Notes: a model not told the origin generated them from the letters alone. A stretch of 27,919 nucleotides of DNA from an uncultured archaeon (GCA_964447495.1 CAYUTF010000029.1:1-27919); one strand, 5' to 3'. Positions 1-9,630 are shown, counted from the first letter of the stretch. Program-made: numbers and translations.

Positions 1-2
1 CA

Positions 3-206
3 ATTCTAATACAAGTAAGTACAACTGAAATGCTATACGATCATTCAACAAGATTTGCTAAACGAGCTAAAGCTGCTGGTGTAGATGTAACATTACAAGA
101 ATGGAAAGATACTATTCATGTTTTCCAAGGATTTGGAATATATGATCTACCCGAAGCAAAAGAAGCACTAAATGAAATTCAGAAATTTATTAAAAATCTT
201 TTTTAG
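3..206 (+). CDS. alpha/beta hydrolase (HSL-like esterase/lipase), C-terminal fragment, truncated by window start
   Basis: Frame 3 reads ILIQVSTTEMLYDHSTRFAKRAKAAGVDVTLQEWKDTIHVFQGF...KNLF* with TAG at 204-206. This matches the family IV esterase C-terminus: acidic residue in E-x-L-x-D and catalytic His in IHVFQ. Not in the ORF track. Confidence 0.85.
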   Translation: MLIQVSTTEMLYDHSTRFAKRAKAAGVDVTLQEWKDTIHVFQGFGIYDLPEAKEALNEIQKFIKNLF

Positions 207-282
207 AAACATTTAGATTCTTTCTAAAATTGAGATTAAAACTTTTTTTTTTAAAATATCATTGAAAATGGGATAAGATGTT

Positions 283-1431
283 CTAATAAAAAGGATTATG
301 ATATTGTGGTTTTTCTTCTGATTCAACGAACTTTTCTTTAATTTCTTTATCGATCAAACCCTCGATTTGGCATAAATATTCATATTCCTCTTTTAAACAG
401 AGAGTAATAGCGACACCTTTCTTGTTCATTCTTGAAGTTCTACCGATCCTATGCACATAATTTTCTGGATACATCGGAATATCATAATTAATTACATGCG
501 ATATATCTTCTATATCCAATCCACGTGCAGCGACATCTGTAGCAATAAGCATATTAATCTTATTATCCCTAAATTCCTTCAAAATTGTTTCTCGTTGAAG
601 CTGAGATAAATCTCCAGAAATCTCACCAGCATCATAATGCTTATATTTTAAACTTTTCATTTTTCTGGACAACCATGAAGCAGTTTTCTTGGTATTAGTG
701 AAAACAAGTGCTCTTGTAGGTTTCTCATATTGTAAAATTTTCAGAAATGTTTTGAATTTATTACGAAATCCATCAATTAAGTAATAATACTGCCTTGTAT
801 TTCTTACAGTTAATTCATCTTTGCTCAAATTGAGAAACTTAAATTGATTATTTGAGTAATTCTTAACCAATTCTCTAAATTCATAATGCATAGTAGCTGA
901 AAATAATAAGAATTGATAATTGGATTTAATCTGATTAAGAATATATTTTACATCGGGAGCAAATCCCATATCCCATAGACGATCTGCTTCATCTAAAACA
1001 ACAAATTTAACATTTTTTAGGCGAAGTTTTTTTCTTTTATAGAGATCGATGATCCTACCAGGAGTTCCGATAATTATATTTAGTCCATTTTCTAGTTTGC
1101 GGATCTGGTTATTAATTGAAACGCCACCATAGATTGGATATGCTTTTATCCCATGATTTCCAATATCCTTAAAAACACTATAAATTTGTTTAGCCAATTC
1201 CCTGGTTGGAACTAAAATTAATACTTCATTTTCAAGTTTTTGTACTTTTTCGATTATTGGTAAGATAAAAGCCAACGTCTTACCCGATCCTGTCTTAGCT
1301 TGCGCCATTACATGATTATTATCTAATATTAAAGGTATAGATTTCTGTTGGACAGGAGTAGGGTTTACTATATTTAATTTTTTCATTGCATTAATGCTAC
1401 TTTCACTAATGCCTAATTCTTTAAAATTCAA
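283..1431 (-). CDS. DEAD-box ATP-dependent RNA helicase (core only)
   Basis: Q motif (PTPVQ), AKTGSGKT, PTRELA, GG, TPGRI, DEAD, SAT, ARGLD and HRIGRT all present. TTG start. Confidence 0.97.
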   Translation of the reverse strand: MNFKELGISESSINAMKKLNIVNPTPVQQKSIPLILDNNHVMAQAKTGSGKTLAFILPIIEKVQKLENEVLILVPTRELAKQIYSVFKDIGNHGIKAYPIYGGVSINNQIRKLENGLNIIIGTPGRIIDLYKRKKLRLKNVKFVVLDEADRLWDMGFAPDVKYILNQIKSNYQFLLFSATMHYEFRELVKNYSNNQFKFLNLSKDELTVRNTRQYYYLIDGFRNKFKTFLKILQYEKPTRALVFTNTKKTASWLSRKMKSLKYKHYDAGEISGDLSQLQRETILKEFRDNKINMLIATDVAARGLDIEDISHVINYDIPMYPENYVHRIGRTSRMNKKGVAITLCLKEEYEYLCQIEGLIDKEIKEKFVESEEKPQYHNPFY

Positions 1432-1596
1432 ATTTAATATTCACTATGTTACTAACATTTTTCACACTTTATACAAATAATAAAATATTCCAAATAAGAA
1501 AAAGCTTTCGAAAAATTATTAAAACTAGAGTTTCTAATTTTTTATTGAAATTGCATATCACTTTTTTTCGATAAACTCACATTTATATCGGATTAT

Positions 1597-3750
1597 TTAA
1601 GCGACCAGAATACGATTAAAAAAGTTATCCAGTTTAGCTAATTTAGTATTGATTATAATTCTCACTTTCTCTGAATTAATCTTAGGATTATTTAATACCA
1701 AATCCTGTACAATAAAATGATACTTCTTCCCTTTTTTTGCTAAAATTCGGTGAATTTCGTTATTTTCATTATATAAGGGAATAGGGAATGAAAAGGGTCT
1801 TTTATGAATATGCCTACTGGATTTAATGATTGCTATATTTCGTGATAACTCTGGAGTATTTAAAATTGCAGATAAATAATAGGCTTCTTCTTGAGAATCA
1901 GTTGAGTAATAATAATTATCTGAACCAATAATTATATTCTTTTTAGAGTTAATTAGTACAGAAGCCTTTAATTTTGAACCACTGGCATTATACACGACAA
2001 TATACTTTTTATTATTAGCCTGTTTGGACATCTTATTCCAATAATTTATGTTTGCGATAAGGGAATCTATCTTACTTGCAGCTTTCTTTTTGGCTTTATA
2101 AACACGATTCATTTCATTATAGAATTTTAAAGCTTTAGGAAATGATTCAAAATATTTCTGGTCAAATTTAAAATCCTTGGTAATTGGTAAAAACACGTTT
2201 CTTTTCTTTTTTATATAAAAGGGAATTAAATCCTTGTTTAAAAAAGTCTTATATCGAAACTGAGGCTCGATTTCTTTATTTGAAAACAAATGATACCAAT
2301 TCTTTTTTGAACGCTTTACTACTTCTTGATCAGAAGAAATAGATAGAGTATTCTCTAGTTTCTGATTAACTTCAAAAAAGACTAGGGTTCGAGGAACCAA
2401 TGTGGCCCCTTGGAAAAATTTATCTTTATACTCACTTTCTCTCATTTCATTTAAAAATTTTAAATCTTGTTCTGGTAAGATGATTTTTACTCCCTCTTCA
2501 TCAATATTGAAGCTATCATAAAAAATTTCTTCTGTAACATGGAGATTTTGATCTAATAATTTAGTTTTAATGGGATATTTTTCAGATATAGGAATTTTAT
2601 TCTTAGTACCAATAAACTCCGCTTTCAAACAAATATGATTGACATTAAAAACATAATTTTTGGGAAAGTCCCATATTTCTAAATTATTAAATATTGGAAA
2701 TAATCGAAATTTATAACAATGATCTCCGTTGAGAACACTTTTAGTCATGACGAAAAATATGGAACCCCCAATTTTTAAGAACTTTGAAGGTATAGCATAG
2801 AAGAAAATTGAAGCTAATTCAATGTGTGTTATATATTGACTTGTTGGTTTTATTTTCAAGGTATCGGATAAATTCCGTATCTTATTTTGATAGTTCTTAT
2901 CGTTTAAATCTTTATAGGTAAGCCAAGGAGGATTTCCAATAACTAAATCAAATGTATTGTTAATCTTTTTTAAATTAAAAGAATTGTTATTAATTAGATT
3001 CTCTGGAAATAATGAATCTATTAAAATAATTGAATTATTTAAATAATGAATATCAAATGAGTCTATAGTATCGTGTATCATAAAAGCTAGGTTAACCTTA
3101 GATGATAAAACTGCCAAAGGATTAATATCAAACCCATACACATTTTTTATCGCCTCTATTTTAGAATCAATGTCGCCCTTTGAATTCAAAATTATGCGAA
3201 TAATCTCAATTAGAAATGTTCCAGAACCACATGATGGATCTAAGATTTTTGAACCATACTTATATAAACTTTCAACCATTTTTTTCGCAAGATTTGGAAA
3301 TGTATAAAACTCACCAATCTTATGCCTTGTTATCATAAAAAAAATTTGTTGATATAGCTCTTGAAATAAGTCTTCTTTTTTTAAATTAATATCCAAGATT
3401 TTATTATTGAAATCTTTTAATAAGGTTGGACTTAATTTTGTCCAATTATAAATCTCAAATTCGCCAAAAATAGTTGTTTTTGGTGAAATAACCATATTGA
3501 GTTTATTTATAACAAATAATTCTAGAAGTAAAGCAAAATAGGTATGCTTTAAGAAAAGCTGAATATTAGCATCTTTACCATAAATATTATGAAAAAAAAG
3601 GTTCCATAAATCATACTTCTCTTGGAACTCCTTCTTATCTTTCTTAACTTCATTTTCAAGAAAGGAAAGAGACTTTTGGAAGAAGCTTGAGTTTAACCCA
3701 AATAACATTCCAATATCTTTAGATGTGATTACTTTTTTGTTCTCGACCAT
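1597..3750 (-). CDS. N6-adenine DNA methyltransferase (gamma class, Type IIG/Eco57I-like MTase-TRD), no evident nuclease domain
   Basis: GEFYT motif X, ILDPSCGSGTFL motif I, YGFDINP, FDLVIGNPPW motif IV, N-terminal helical segment LFLKHTYFALL, and a C-terminal TRD-like region (YYLSAILNT). Confidence 0.9.
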   Translation of the reverse strand: MVENKKVITSKDIGMLFGLNSSFFQKSLSFLENEVKKDKKEFQEKYDLWNLFFHNIYGKDANIQLFLKHTYFALLLELFVINKLNMVISPKTTIFGEFEIYNWTKLSPTLLKDFNNKILDINLKKEDLFQELYQQIFFMITRHKIGEFYTFPNLAKKMVESLYKYGSKILDPSCGSGTFLIEIIRIILNSKGDIDSKIEAIKNVYGFDINPLAVLSSKVNLAFMIHDTIDSFDIHYLNNSIILIDSLFPENLINNNSFNLKKINNTFDLVIGNPPWLTYKDLNDKNYQNKIRNLSDTLKIKPTSQYITHIELASIFFYAIPSKFLKIGGSIFFVMTKSVLNGDHCYKFRLFPIFNNLEIWDFPKNYVFNVNHICLKAEFIGTKNKIPISEKYPIKTKLLDQNLHVTEEIFYDSFNIDEEGVKIILPEQDLKFLNEMRESEYKDKFFQGATLVPRTLVFFEVNQKLENTLSISSDQEVVKRSKKNWYHLFSNKEIEPQFRYKTFLNKDLIPFYIKKKRNVFLPITKDFKFDQKYFESFPKALKFYNEMNRVYKAKKKAASKIDSLIANINYWNKMSKQANNKKYIVVYNASGSKLKASVLINSKKNIIIGSDNYYYSTDSQEEAYYLSAILNTPELSRNIAIIKSSRHIHKRPFSFPIPLYNENNEIHRILAKKGKKYHFIVQDLVLNNPKINSEKVRIIINTKLAKLDNFFNRILVA

Positions 3751-3895
3751 CCTTTATCAAAAATCCAATCCCAATCAAATGTTTCATTTAATTCTATATC
3801 TGCTCTTTTTTTTGAAATCTTTTTTTCTCTTTTATGAGAAATGTCTTTTTTCTCATTCATAATTTCTTTAAAACTTAATATATAAGTAGTTATAT

Positions 3896-4441
3896 TCAGA
3901 CCTTTTTAGGTCTCATGAAGGATGGAAGCATTAAATTAAAAATCTCTGCTAATTTTCTTAATTGAGCAGGTTCTCTAATAATAGTGACGATAAGTATTGA
4001 TTTTTCTAAAGCTTCCTTGTCTAATGCGCCCCCGGAATAAATTGCTTCGTTAAAATTGAAAACTAATAAATATCTTACATTTGGATTATTAATGATTTTA
4101 ATTCCCGGAGTTGATTTAAGATCGTCATAAATTTCTTGGAATTCTCTGGTAATTGCCCCCCGATCATTAGTAATTATTAAGACAGCTATTCCTTTCTTGG
4201 TTAAATTTCTCAATTCAGTCGCATAAAACTTATCTATATGAGGACTTACAATATTTAGTTGATCTTTTGTAGAATAAATTATACTCATTAGATGGTCATT
4301 AAGTATATTTTTTCTGTCAGGTCCTCCAGAAGATTCTATGCTTGTCATACCAACTAATGAGAGAACTTTTTCTTCTAAACTTTCTACTTGCTGTTTAAGC
4401 CTTTGATTCTCCACTCGGAGTTCAATTATTCTATCTGACAT
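3896..4441 (-). CDS. coiled-coil + phospholipase D-fold protein with degenerate HKD motif
   Basis: N-terminal heptads (IIELRVENQRLKQQVESLEEKVLSL). PLD-like strands LNIVSPHID, KKGIAVLIIT and EAIYSGGAL. The expected HxKxxxxD position reads VRYLLVFN. Confidence 0.6.
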   Translation of the reverse strand: MSDRIIELRVENQRLKQQVESLEEKVLSLVGMTSIESSGGPDRKNILNDHLMSIIYSTKDQLNIVSPHIDKFYATELRNLTKKGIAVLIITNDRGAITREFQEIYDDLKSTPGIKIINNPNVRYLLVFNFNEAIYSGGALDKEALEKSILIVTIIREPAQLRKLAEIFNLMLPSFMRPKKV

Positions 4442-4526
4442 TTTTATTCAATATATCTTTAATTTTGCATTTATATGGTTATATAATTACTTTTAAATAA
4501 ATTTTTATACTTCAATTACTTAATTC

Positions 4527-7109
4527 CTATTCTACCTTTTTCCATGGTTTCCCATATAAAGTATAACTCGAAATCGCCAAAGAACTTTGGACGTCAATAC
4601 TCATTATACCATCTTCAACAGTTAAATCTTTAGCTTTTTTCAAGGCAAGTTCAGTCAATTTGTTTGCCATACATATTTGACGTGCTTTAAGCAGTGACAC
4701 CCCTTGGCCATAATCCATAAATATATGATCATAGAAATTCTTTGTCAATTCTTTGGTCTCCTCATCAAAAATAGGATAATTATGAGAGATGATGCCAATA
4801 ATATATTCATAATCAAATTTTTCGGCAATATCACCAAAAATTCTTACTACATTGTTCAATTTCTTTCCAACTACATCAAAAAGTTGGGAATTAATAAATA
4901 ATAAGGGTGGTATTTTATGAGGATTTATTTTGATAGCGTTATTTATATCGGATATTGTTACAATTTCATTATCGTTAGTTAATAAGAAACTATTACTTGG
5001 ATTCCATTTAGAATAAAATATATTGCCAACGAGATGAATAATATGATATGCTCCTTGAGATATATGAGTTAAAATCTGTTCTCGGGTAGAATTATAATTA
5101 GATAATATTGTCATTTCATTAACTTCATCTCTATTATTAAAAAAATCCGTGATAAATTTCATTTCTGACAACCCTGCAGCAAATGGAAATATCAATTCTT
5201 TAGATTTAGTTTCCTCATTCCATTTCAAAGGTCCACTGGAATTCATTGAATCGATGATTAAAATATTATATCTTTTATTCGTCTCTCTATTTTGGCTACT
5301 TTCCTCTAAACGGTCAAAACTTATCCCTCCAAGGGAAGGTTCTCCGATAATATATCCGATTGAATACTTTAATAAGAAAAAGTTATTATCATAGACAAGT
5401 TCGAATGGAATAGTCATCTGATCTAAAATAAAATTGATTTCAGGAATCATATTCAATGCTTTTATTTCAAACGTTTTCAAAATTTTCCTTATGGTATTTG
5501 GCAGAAATAAATATAATATTCTCCCAAAATCGGTTAAGGATATTTCATACTCTTTCTTTTTATCGGAAAAAATATCACTATAAATGTCAATTATTTGCAT
5601 ATCATTCCAAAATTCATCTTTAATTCTGCCTTCTAAAATTTCACCAGTATTTGAGATCATTCGGTAAGAAATTAATCCTTTTGAATTAATCCGAAATATT
5701 ATTTGCTTAATAACAAAATTTTCATTTAGTAACTCAGCACTGGGCGTTACAACTTCAAATGAGTAAATTTCTCGCTCCAATGCCTTAGTTTCATTATAAA
5801 ATGTCTCTGGATCCGGAATCATGGAAACTATATTTTTGTCAAGATAAGAAACTAATTTTCGTGCCAATTCAAAATTTTGTTCTTCATAAATCGCCCTATA
5901 AAAGATCATTCTCCAGAAATCTTTTTGATCTAAAGAAAAAAATAACGATTTGAATTGCCATAAGAAATTACACGTGTAAAAGTAATGGTAAATCTGGGCA
6001 TTAGTTTGGGGTGATTTTAAATGAGTATCCAGTTTTTCCAAAGACTGTAATAGGAATTTTTTCTCTTTCATATCTACAAATTTCTTACACGCCTCAACCC
6101 ACAACTCAATGAGGATATTATCATATCCCAGATCAGTTTTATATAGGAATAAATCCTCCAAAAAATCGTAAATTTCAAAGGCTATTTCAAATTTATTTCT
6201 ATTTATTGAAAAATTGATGTATTTTCGTATATAAGTCACAGCATCGCCATATGATTGAAATTTTTGAATTTTCGAAAACATATTTTTAACAATAATTATA
6301 ATCCATGAGAATTCACCGATATAATTCAAATAGGAAACAAGGATTTCTAGATCTTCAATAATACTATTATATGTATTTTCATTTATAATGATTTTATTTA
6401 AATTTGTGAACTCACTTTTTAAATATCCCGGGATTCTATGTGATAAGATTTTTGCCATTTCTTTAATAAATTCATCGGGATCAGCAGTAAGTTGATAATT
6501 GATATTAATATTTTCTAATATAACGTATAAGAATAGAGCTCTTTTTGAGGGATCTAACTTAAATAAGATTTTGCCTAAAACCTCCATACTATTATAAAAA
6601 TATTCTTGTGGAATAACAGACTTTCTGAGATACATTAATAAAATCTGCAGTTCTACTAACTTTAAATGCTCCCCTCTTTCAATAACCTTAACACAATAAG
6701 AATTTATGAACCTTGTAATTCCTCTTGGGGATAAATTCTCCATTTCTATAAACGTCTTTAACAGATTGGTGGCAAAATTATTAAAGAGATAAAAGTCATC
6801 CAGTTTTGATAAAAACGAAAAGAAGCGCTTATATGCATCTATATATCGTATGATATCCACATCTATCTCATCATCTGTTCTCTTTATCAGAGAATTAATA
6901 TACATCCACCATGAGTTTGAAATTATCATTACTAATTGATGCTTTTTCTGAATATCTAACCATTCTGTCTTTTCGATATCAAAATAGAGATCGGTTAAAA
7001 GCCGATCCGCCCATCGATGATTTGCTGTCTGTAGTAATCTTCTGCCTTGAATGATTCTTTTTTGAAAATCTTCTAAAAACTTTTTTTTGGTAATTGCTTT
7101 GACTGACAT
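4527..7109 (-). CDS. helical-repeat (TPR-like) + CHAT-domain protein, probable pseudoprotease
   Basis: CHAT hallmarks: FGRILYLFLP, FILDQMTIPFELV, NSTREQILTHI, YHIIHLVGN, LLFINSQ, NFYDHIF...GVSLLKAR and terminal YTLYGKP. About 440 aa of all-helical-looking N-terminus. Confidence 0.75.
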   Translation of the reverse strand: MSVKAITKKKFLEDFQKRIIQGRRLLQTANHRWADRLLTDLYFDIEKTEWLDIQKKHQLVMIISNSWWMYINSLIKRTDDEIDVDIIRYIDAYKRFFSFLSKLDDFYLFNNFATNLLKTFIEMENLSPRGITRFINSYCVKVIERGEHLKLVELQILLMYLRKSVIPQEYFYNSMEVLGKILFKLDPSKRALFLYVILENININYQLTADPDEFIKEMAKILSHRIPGYLKSEFTNLNKIIINENTYNSIIEDLEILVSYLNYIGEFSWIIIIVKNMFSKIQKFQSYGDAVTYIRKYINFSINRNKFEIAFEIYDFLEDLFLYKTDLGYDNILIELWVEACKKFVDMKEKKFLLQSLEKLDTHLKSPQTNAQIYHYFYTCNFLWQFKSLFFSLDQKDFWRMIFYRAIYEEQNFELARKLVSYLDKNIVSMIPDPETFYNETKALEREIYSFEVVTPSAELLNENFVIKQIIFRINSKGLISYRMISNTGEILEGRIKDEFWNDMQIIDIYSDIFSDKKKEYEISLTDFGRILYLFLPNTIRKILKTFEIKALNMIPEINFILDQMTIPFELVYDNNFFLLKYSIGYIIGEPSLGGISFDRLEESSQNRETNKRYNILIIDSMNSSGPLKWNEETKSKELIFPFAAGLSEMKFITDFFNNRDEVNEMTILSNYNSTREQILTHISQGAYHIIHLVGNIFYSKWNPSNSFLLTNDNEIVTISDINNAIKINPHKIPPLLFINSQLFDVVGKKLNNVVRIFGDIAEKFDYEYIIGIISHNYPIFDEETKELTKNFYDHIFMDYGQGVSLLKARQICMANKLTELALKKAKDLTVEDGIMSIDVQSSLAISSYTLYGKPWKKVE

Positions 7110-7119
7110 GATTTTTTAT

Positions 7120-8307
7120 CTAAGATTCGTTTTCTAATTCATTCTTCTTTTCAGAAACTATATGTGGATTATCAATCCAACCCTTCTTTAATTGGTCCTT
7201 GGCAAATAATACTGAAGCTCCAATCCAAGAAAGATGTTCCCTTCCAGATGCTGCAACCACTTTAATCTTGTCTCTTAATTTCTCAGAGAAATAACTCTGA
7301 AGTTCACTCTGTAATCGCTCACCTAACCCTTGGATTAAGCTTCCACCACCAGATAAAATAATATTTGAAACTAGTTCTTGCCAATTTTCGCGCTCCCAAG
7401 TCTTTACAACCTTAGAAATCGCCTCAGCAAGACTAAAATAATCTACGTGAATCATTCTAGGATTGAATAATGGTTCAGATACTAAAAACCGTTCTTGATT
7501 AATCTTTAAATTAGTTCCATCTGGTAAATCAATTATACGATCATATTTTGTTAAGCCTTCTTTGACTCTTTTTTTTTCTTCTTCACAATTTAGTATGCAT
7601 AAGGACAATTTTTCTTTAATTTCCTTTGCAATAATGGAATCAAGGTAAAAATTTTTTCCACTTCCAATTTTCGATAAAATTAAGTTGAGAATATGATCAC
7701 TTAATTCTTTTCCAGCAATAGGAAATAGATCACGTGCCATAATGTTCGTAAACCCATGAAATATACTAGAAATGTAGGTATATGATTCTCCTAAATTCAC
7801 AATCACTCCACTAGATTTTTGCAATGTAGATAAAATTGCTTGACTTTCTGAGAGAAATAGTATAGAAGGAAAGTGGTATATATCAAAAAATATTTCTTGA
7901 AGCTTTGACTTTCCTAAATCTGAGATATAAAAGGGGGTTAAAATTATCAATGGTTGCTTAAAATGATATTCTTCTGGTATATTAAGTTGAGAATAATAAT
8001 GAAGAAAAAATTTGGAAAGAACATTATAGTTATTTTCTTTTATAAACTCATGCATTCTTAGTATGTTTTGATATTTTAAAGCTGCGTGTCCTACGAGATG
8101 GACTTGATCAGTATCTCCAAGATAGATATCTTCTAACCCATCAATTACGTCTGAAGTGAATAAATAATCAGAAATGTCTACATATACTGTGGGTGCAATA
8201 ATATCGGGAAAATCATCTAAAGCCCATCCCATTCTAAAAGTATTACTCCCAATATCCAATATTAATGGTCGCTTATAATCATTTTTAACAGAAGCCATGA
8301 ATCTCAT
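7120..8307 (-). CDS. divergent actin-family protein (Asgard actin-related protein)
   Basis: Colinear with actin throughout: LILDIGSNTFRMGWALDDFP (phosphate 1), SGVIVNLGES (phosphate 2), IAGKELSDHI, KEIKEKL, LPDG...INQERF...EPLFNP, NIILSGGGSLIQGLGERLQSEL, REHLSWIGASVL. Confidence 0.93.
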   Translation of the reverse strand: MRFMASVKNDYKRPLILDIGSNTFRMGWALDDFPDIIAPTVYVDISDYLFTSDVIDGLEDIYLGDTDQVHLVGHAALKYQNILRMHEFIKENNYNVLSKFFLHYYSQLNIPEEYHFKQPLIILTPFYISDLGKSKLQEIFFDIYHFPSILFLSESQAILSTLQKSSGVIVNLGESYTYISSIFHGFTNIMARDLFPIAGKELSDHILNLILSKIGSGKNFYLDSIIAKEIKEKLSLCILNCEEEKKRVKEGLTKYDRIIDLPDGTNLKINQERFLVSEPLFNPRMIHVDYFSLAEAISKVVKTWERENWQELVSNIILSGGGSLIQGLGERLQSELQSYFSEKLRDKIKVVAASGREHLSWIGASVLFAKDQLKKGWIDNPHIVSEKKNELENES

Positions 8308-8329
8308 TAACCCTATATATTAATATACC

Positions 8330-8342
8330 TACTTAAATAACT
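8330..8342 (-). promoter_or_regulatory. possible TATA box for a leaderless actin-CHAT transcript
   Basis: Minus strand TTATTTAAG lies about 25 nt upstream of the actin ATG at 8307. The AT-rich background makes this weak. Confidence 0.3.
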
Positions 8343-8446
8343 GCAATAATAGTACTTCAAAAACGCTATCTGTTTATATCTATCCATAAAAGAAGTATTA
8401 TTTATATTTGAGCAGAAAAAAGAGAAGACCATGTTAGAAGATTTTT

Positions 8447-9190
8447 CTACGGAAGAAAACTATTTTCATGAACAAATTCATCTGTTAACCGTTTTAATTG
8501 ATATTCTTTCACTTGCAATTCTAACAAACCTAATACTCTTTTAAATTCGCTAGACATCGATTCTATATCTATTTCTGAAATCAATTCTACTTGATCTCTT
8601 TTTACTTTAAATTGTTCCAAATGTATTTGAATTTTTTCATGCATATTATTAATGGAAGAAACTAAATCCTCCGTATTTTTCTTAGTAATCTTCCTCATTT
8701 TCCTAAGAATTGATAATATTGAAGATACGGAATTTTCCCATCGTTCATAACGATCTGAATATCCTGAAATCATCTCCTCAAAAAATACTGCTAATTTTTC
8801 ATAAATTCCCCCTTTTTTTGAAAATGAAGGTTCCTTTTTAGTTGAAGGTGCCTTTATTTCTTCTGGTTTTTCCTCTTTAATTTCAACTTGCGCATTGTCC
8901 ATCTGTTGAGTTAGTTGTGTTCGATTTTTTAATGGTTCTCTTTCAGACAAGGGAACTGCTTCCATCATATAATCTTCCGCAATTTTTTTTTTGCTCTCAT
9001 AAGAAAGTTGAGGCTCAATCTTCTTTTCTTCTTTTTGAATAGAAATGTATCCTTTTTCCTCAGAAAAACCTTCTAATATCCCTTGAAGGTCTGATTTAGC
9101 AGATTTTGATGATTTCAAGGCAGCATCTAAAGTGTATTGAGGAGCCTCCTCACTTTCTTTTTGCTTATCTTTCTTCTTTTTTTTAGCCAT
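8447..9190 (-). CDS. hypothetical protein: Lys/Glu-rich disordered N-half, helical coiled-coil C-half
   Basis: MAKKKKKDKQKE start, low-complexity E/K region, then about 115 aa of amphipathic heptad helices. Starts 35 nt after the AbrB-ACT stop codon. Confidence 0.7.
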   Translation of the reverse strand: MAKKKKKDKQKESEEAPQYTLDAALKSSKSAKSDLQGILEGFSEEKGYISIQKEEKKIEPQLSYESKKKIAEDYMMEAVPLSEREPLKNRTQLTQQMDNAQVEIKEEKPEEIKAPSTKKEPSFSKKGGIYEKLAVFFEEMISGYSDRYERWENSVSSILSILRKMRKITKKNTEDLVSSINNMHEKIQIHLEQFKVKRDQVELISEIDIESMSSEFKRVLGLLELQVKEYQLKRLTDEFVHENSFLP

Positions 9191-9225
9191 AAAACTTCAA
9201 TGTTTTTAATTTTGAATCTAATTCA

Positions 9226-9630
9226 TTATTCCAGCGAAAGTACTTCAACTTTTATAGCATTTCCTTCCTTCATTAACTTCTGCTTCAATTCATCGATCGA
9301 AAAATCAGGGCTTTCCGAGATTACAGTCCATACCGCAGTTTTATCCTTCTCAACTATTACTGCTTCACTATATATCATACTTAACCCATAATCACCAAAC
9401 ATCGAAGCTAATTTAGCTAATGCGCCAGGTATATCTGCCATAGTGATTTTAAGTTTAATCGGAACCTTTTCATCGCCCAACCCTATAGGAGATATTCGTA
9501 TTTCCTTGGTTTCCGAGTCACTCACCATCATAAGCTGAGAATTGGTAGTAAGCCCAAGACTTTTTCGAATGATCTGAGGAATTACAATCCGTCCTCGGTT
9601 ATCAATGGTGAGAATTTTAATTTCTTTCAT
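9226..9630 (-). CDS. AbrB/MazE/SpoVT-family DNA-binding domain fused to ACT domain
   Basis: TIDNRGRIVIPQIIRKSLGL (AbrB signature) followed by ITMADIPGALAKLASMFGDYGLSM (ACT signature). Confidence 0.9.
   Translation of the reverse strand: MKEIKILTIDNRGRIVIPQIIRKSLGLTTNSQLMMVSDSETKEIRISPIGLGDEKVPIKLKITMADIPGALAKLASMFGDYGLSMIYSEAVIVEKDKTAVWTVISESPDFSIDELKQKLMKEGNAIKVEVLSLE

Noticed and set aside
3890-3898. Selenocysteine read-through of the TGA ending the PLD-fold gene
   Set aside because: An in-frame TAA follows one codon later, and no SECIS-like structure was seen.
283-7109. DISARM/BREX-like or CHAT-protease antiviral island (helicase + MTase + PLD + CHAT)
   Set aside because: The helicase is an ordinary DEAD-box RNA helicase, PLD and CHAT lack catalytic residues, and no core Drm/Brx or effector genes are present.
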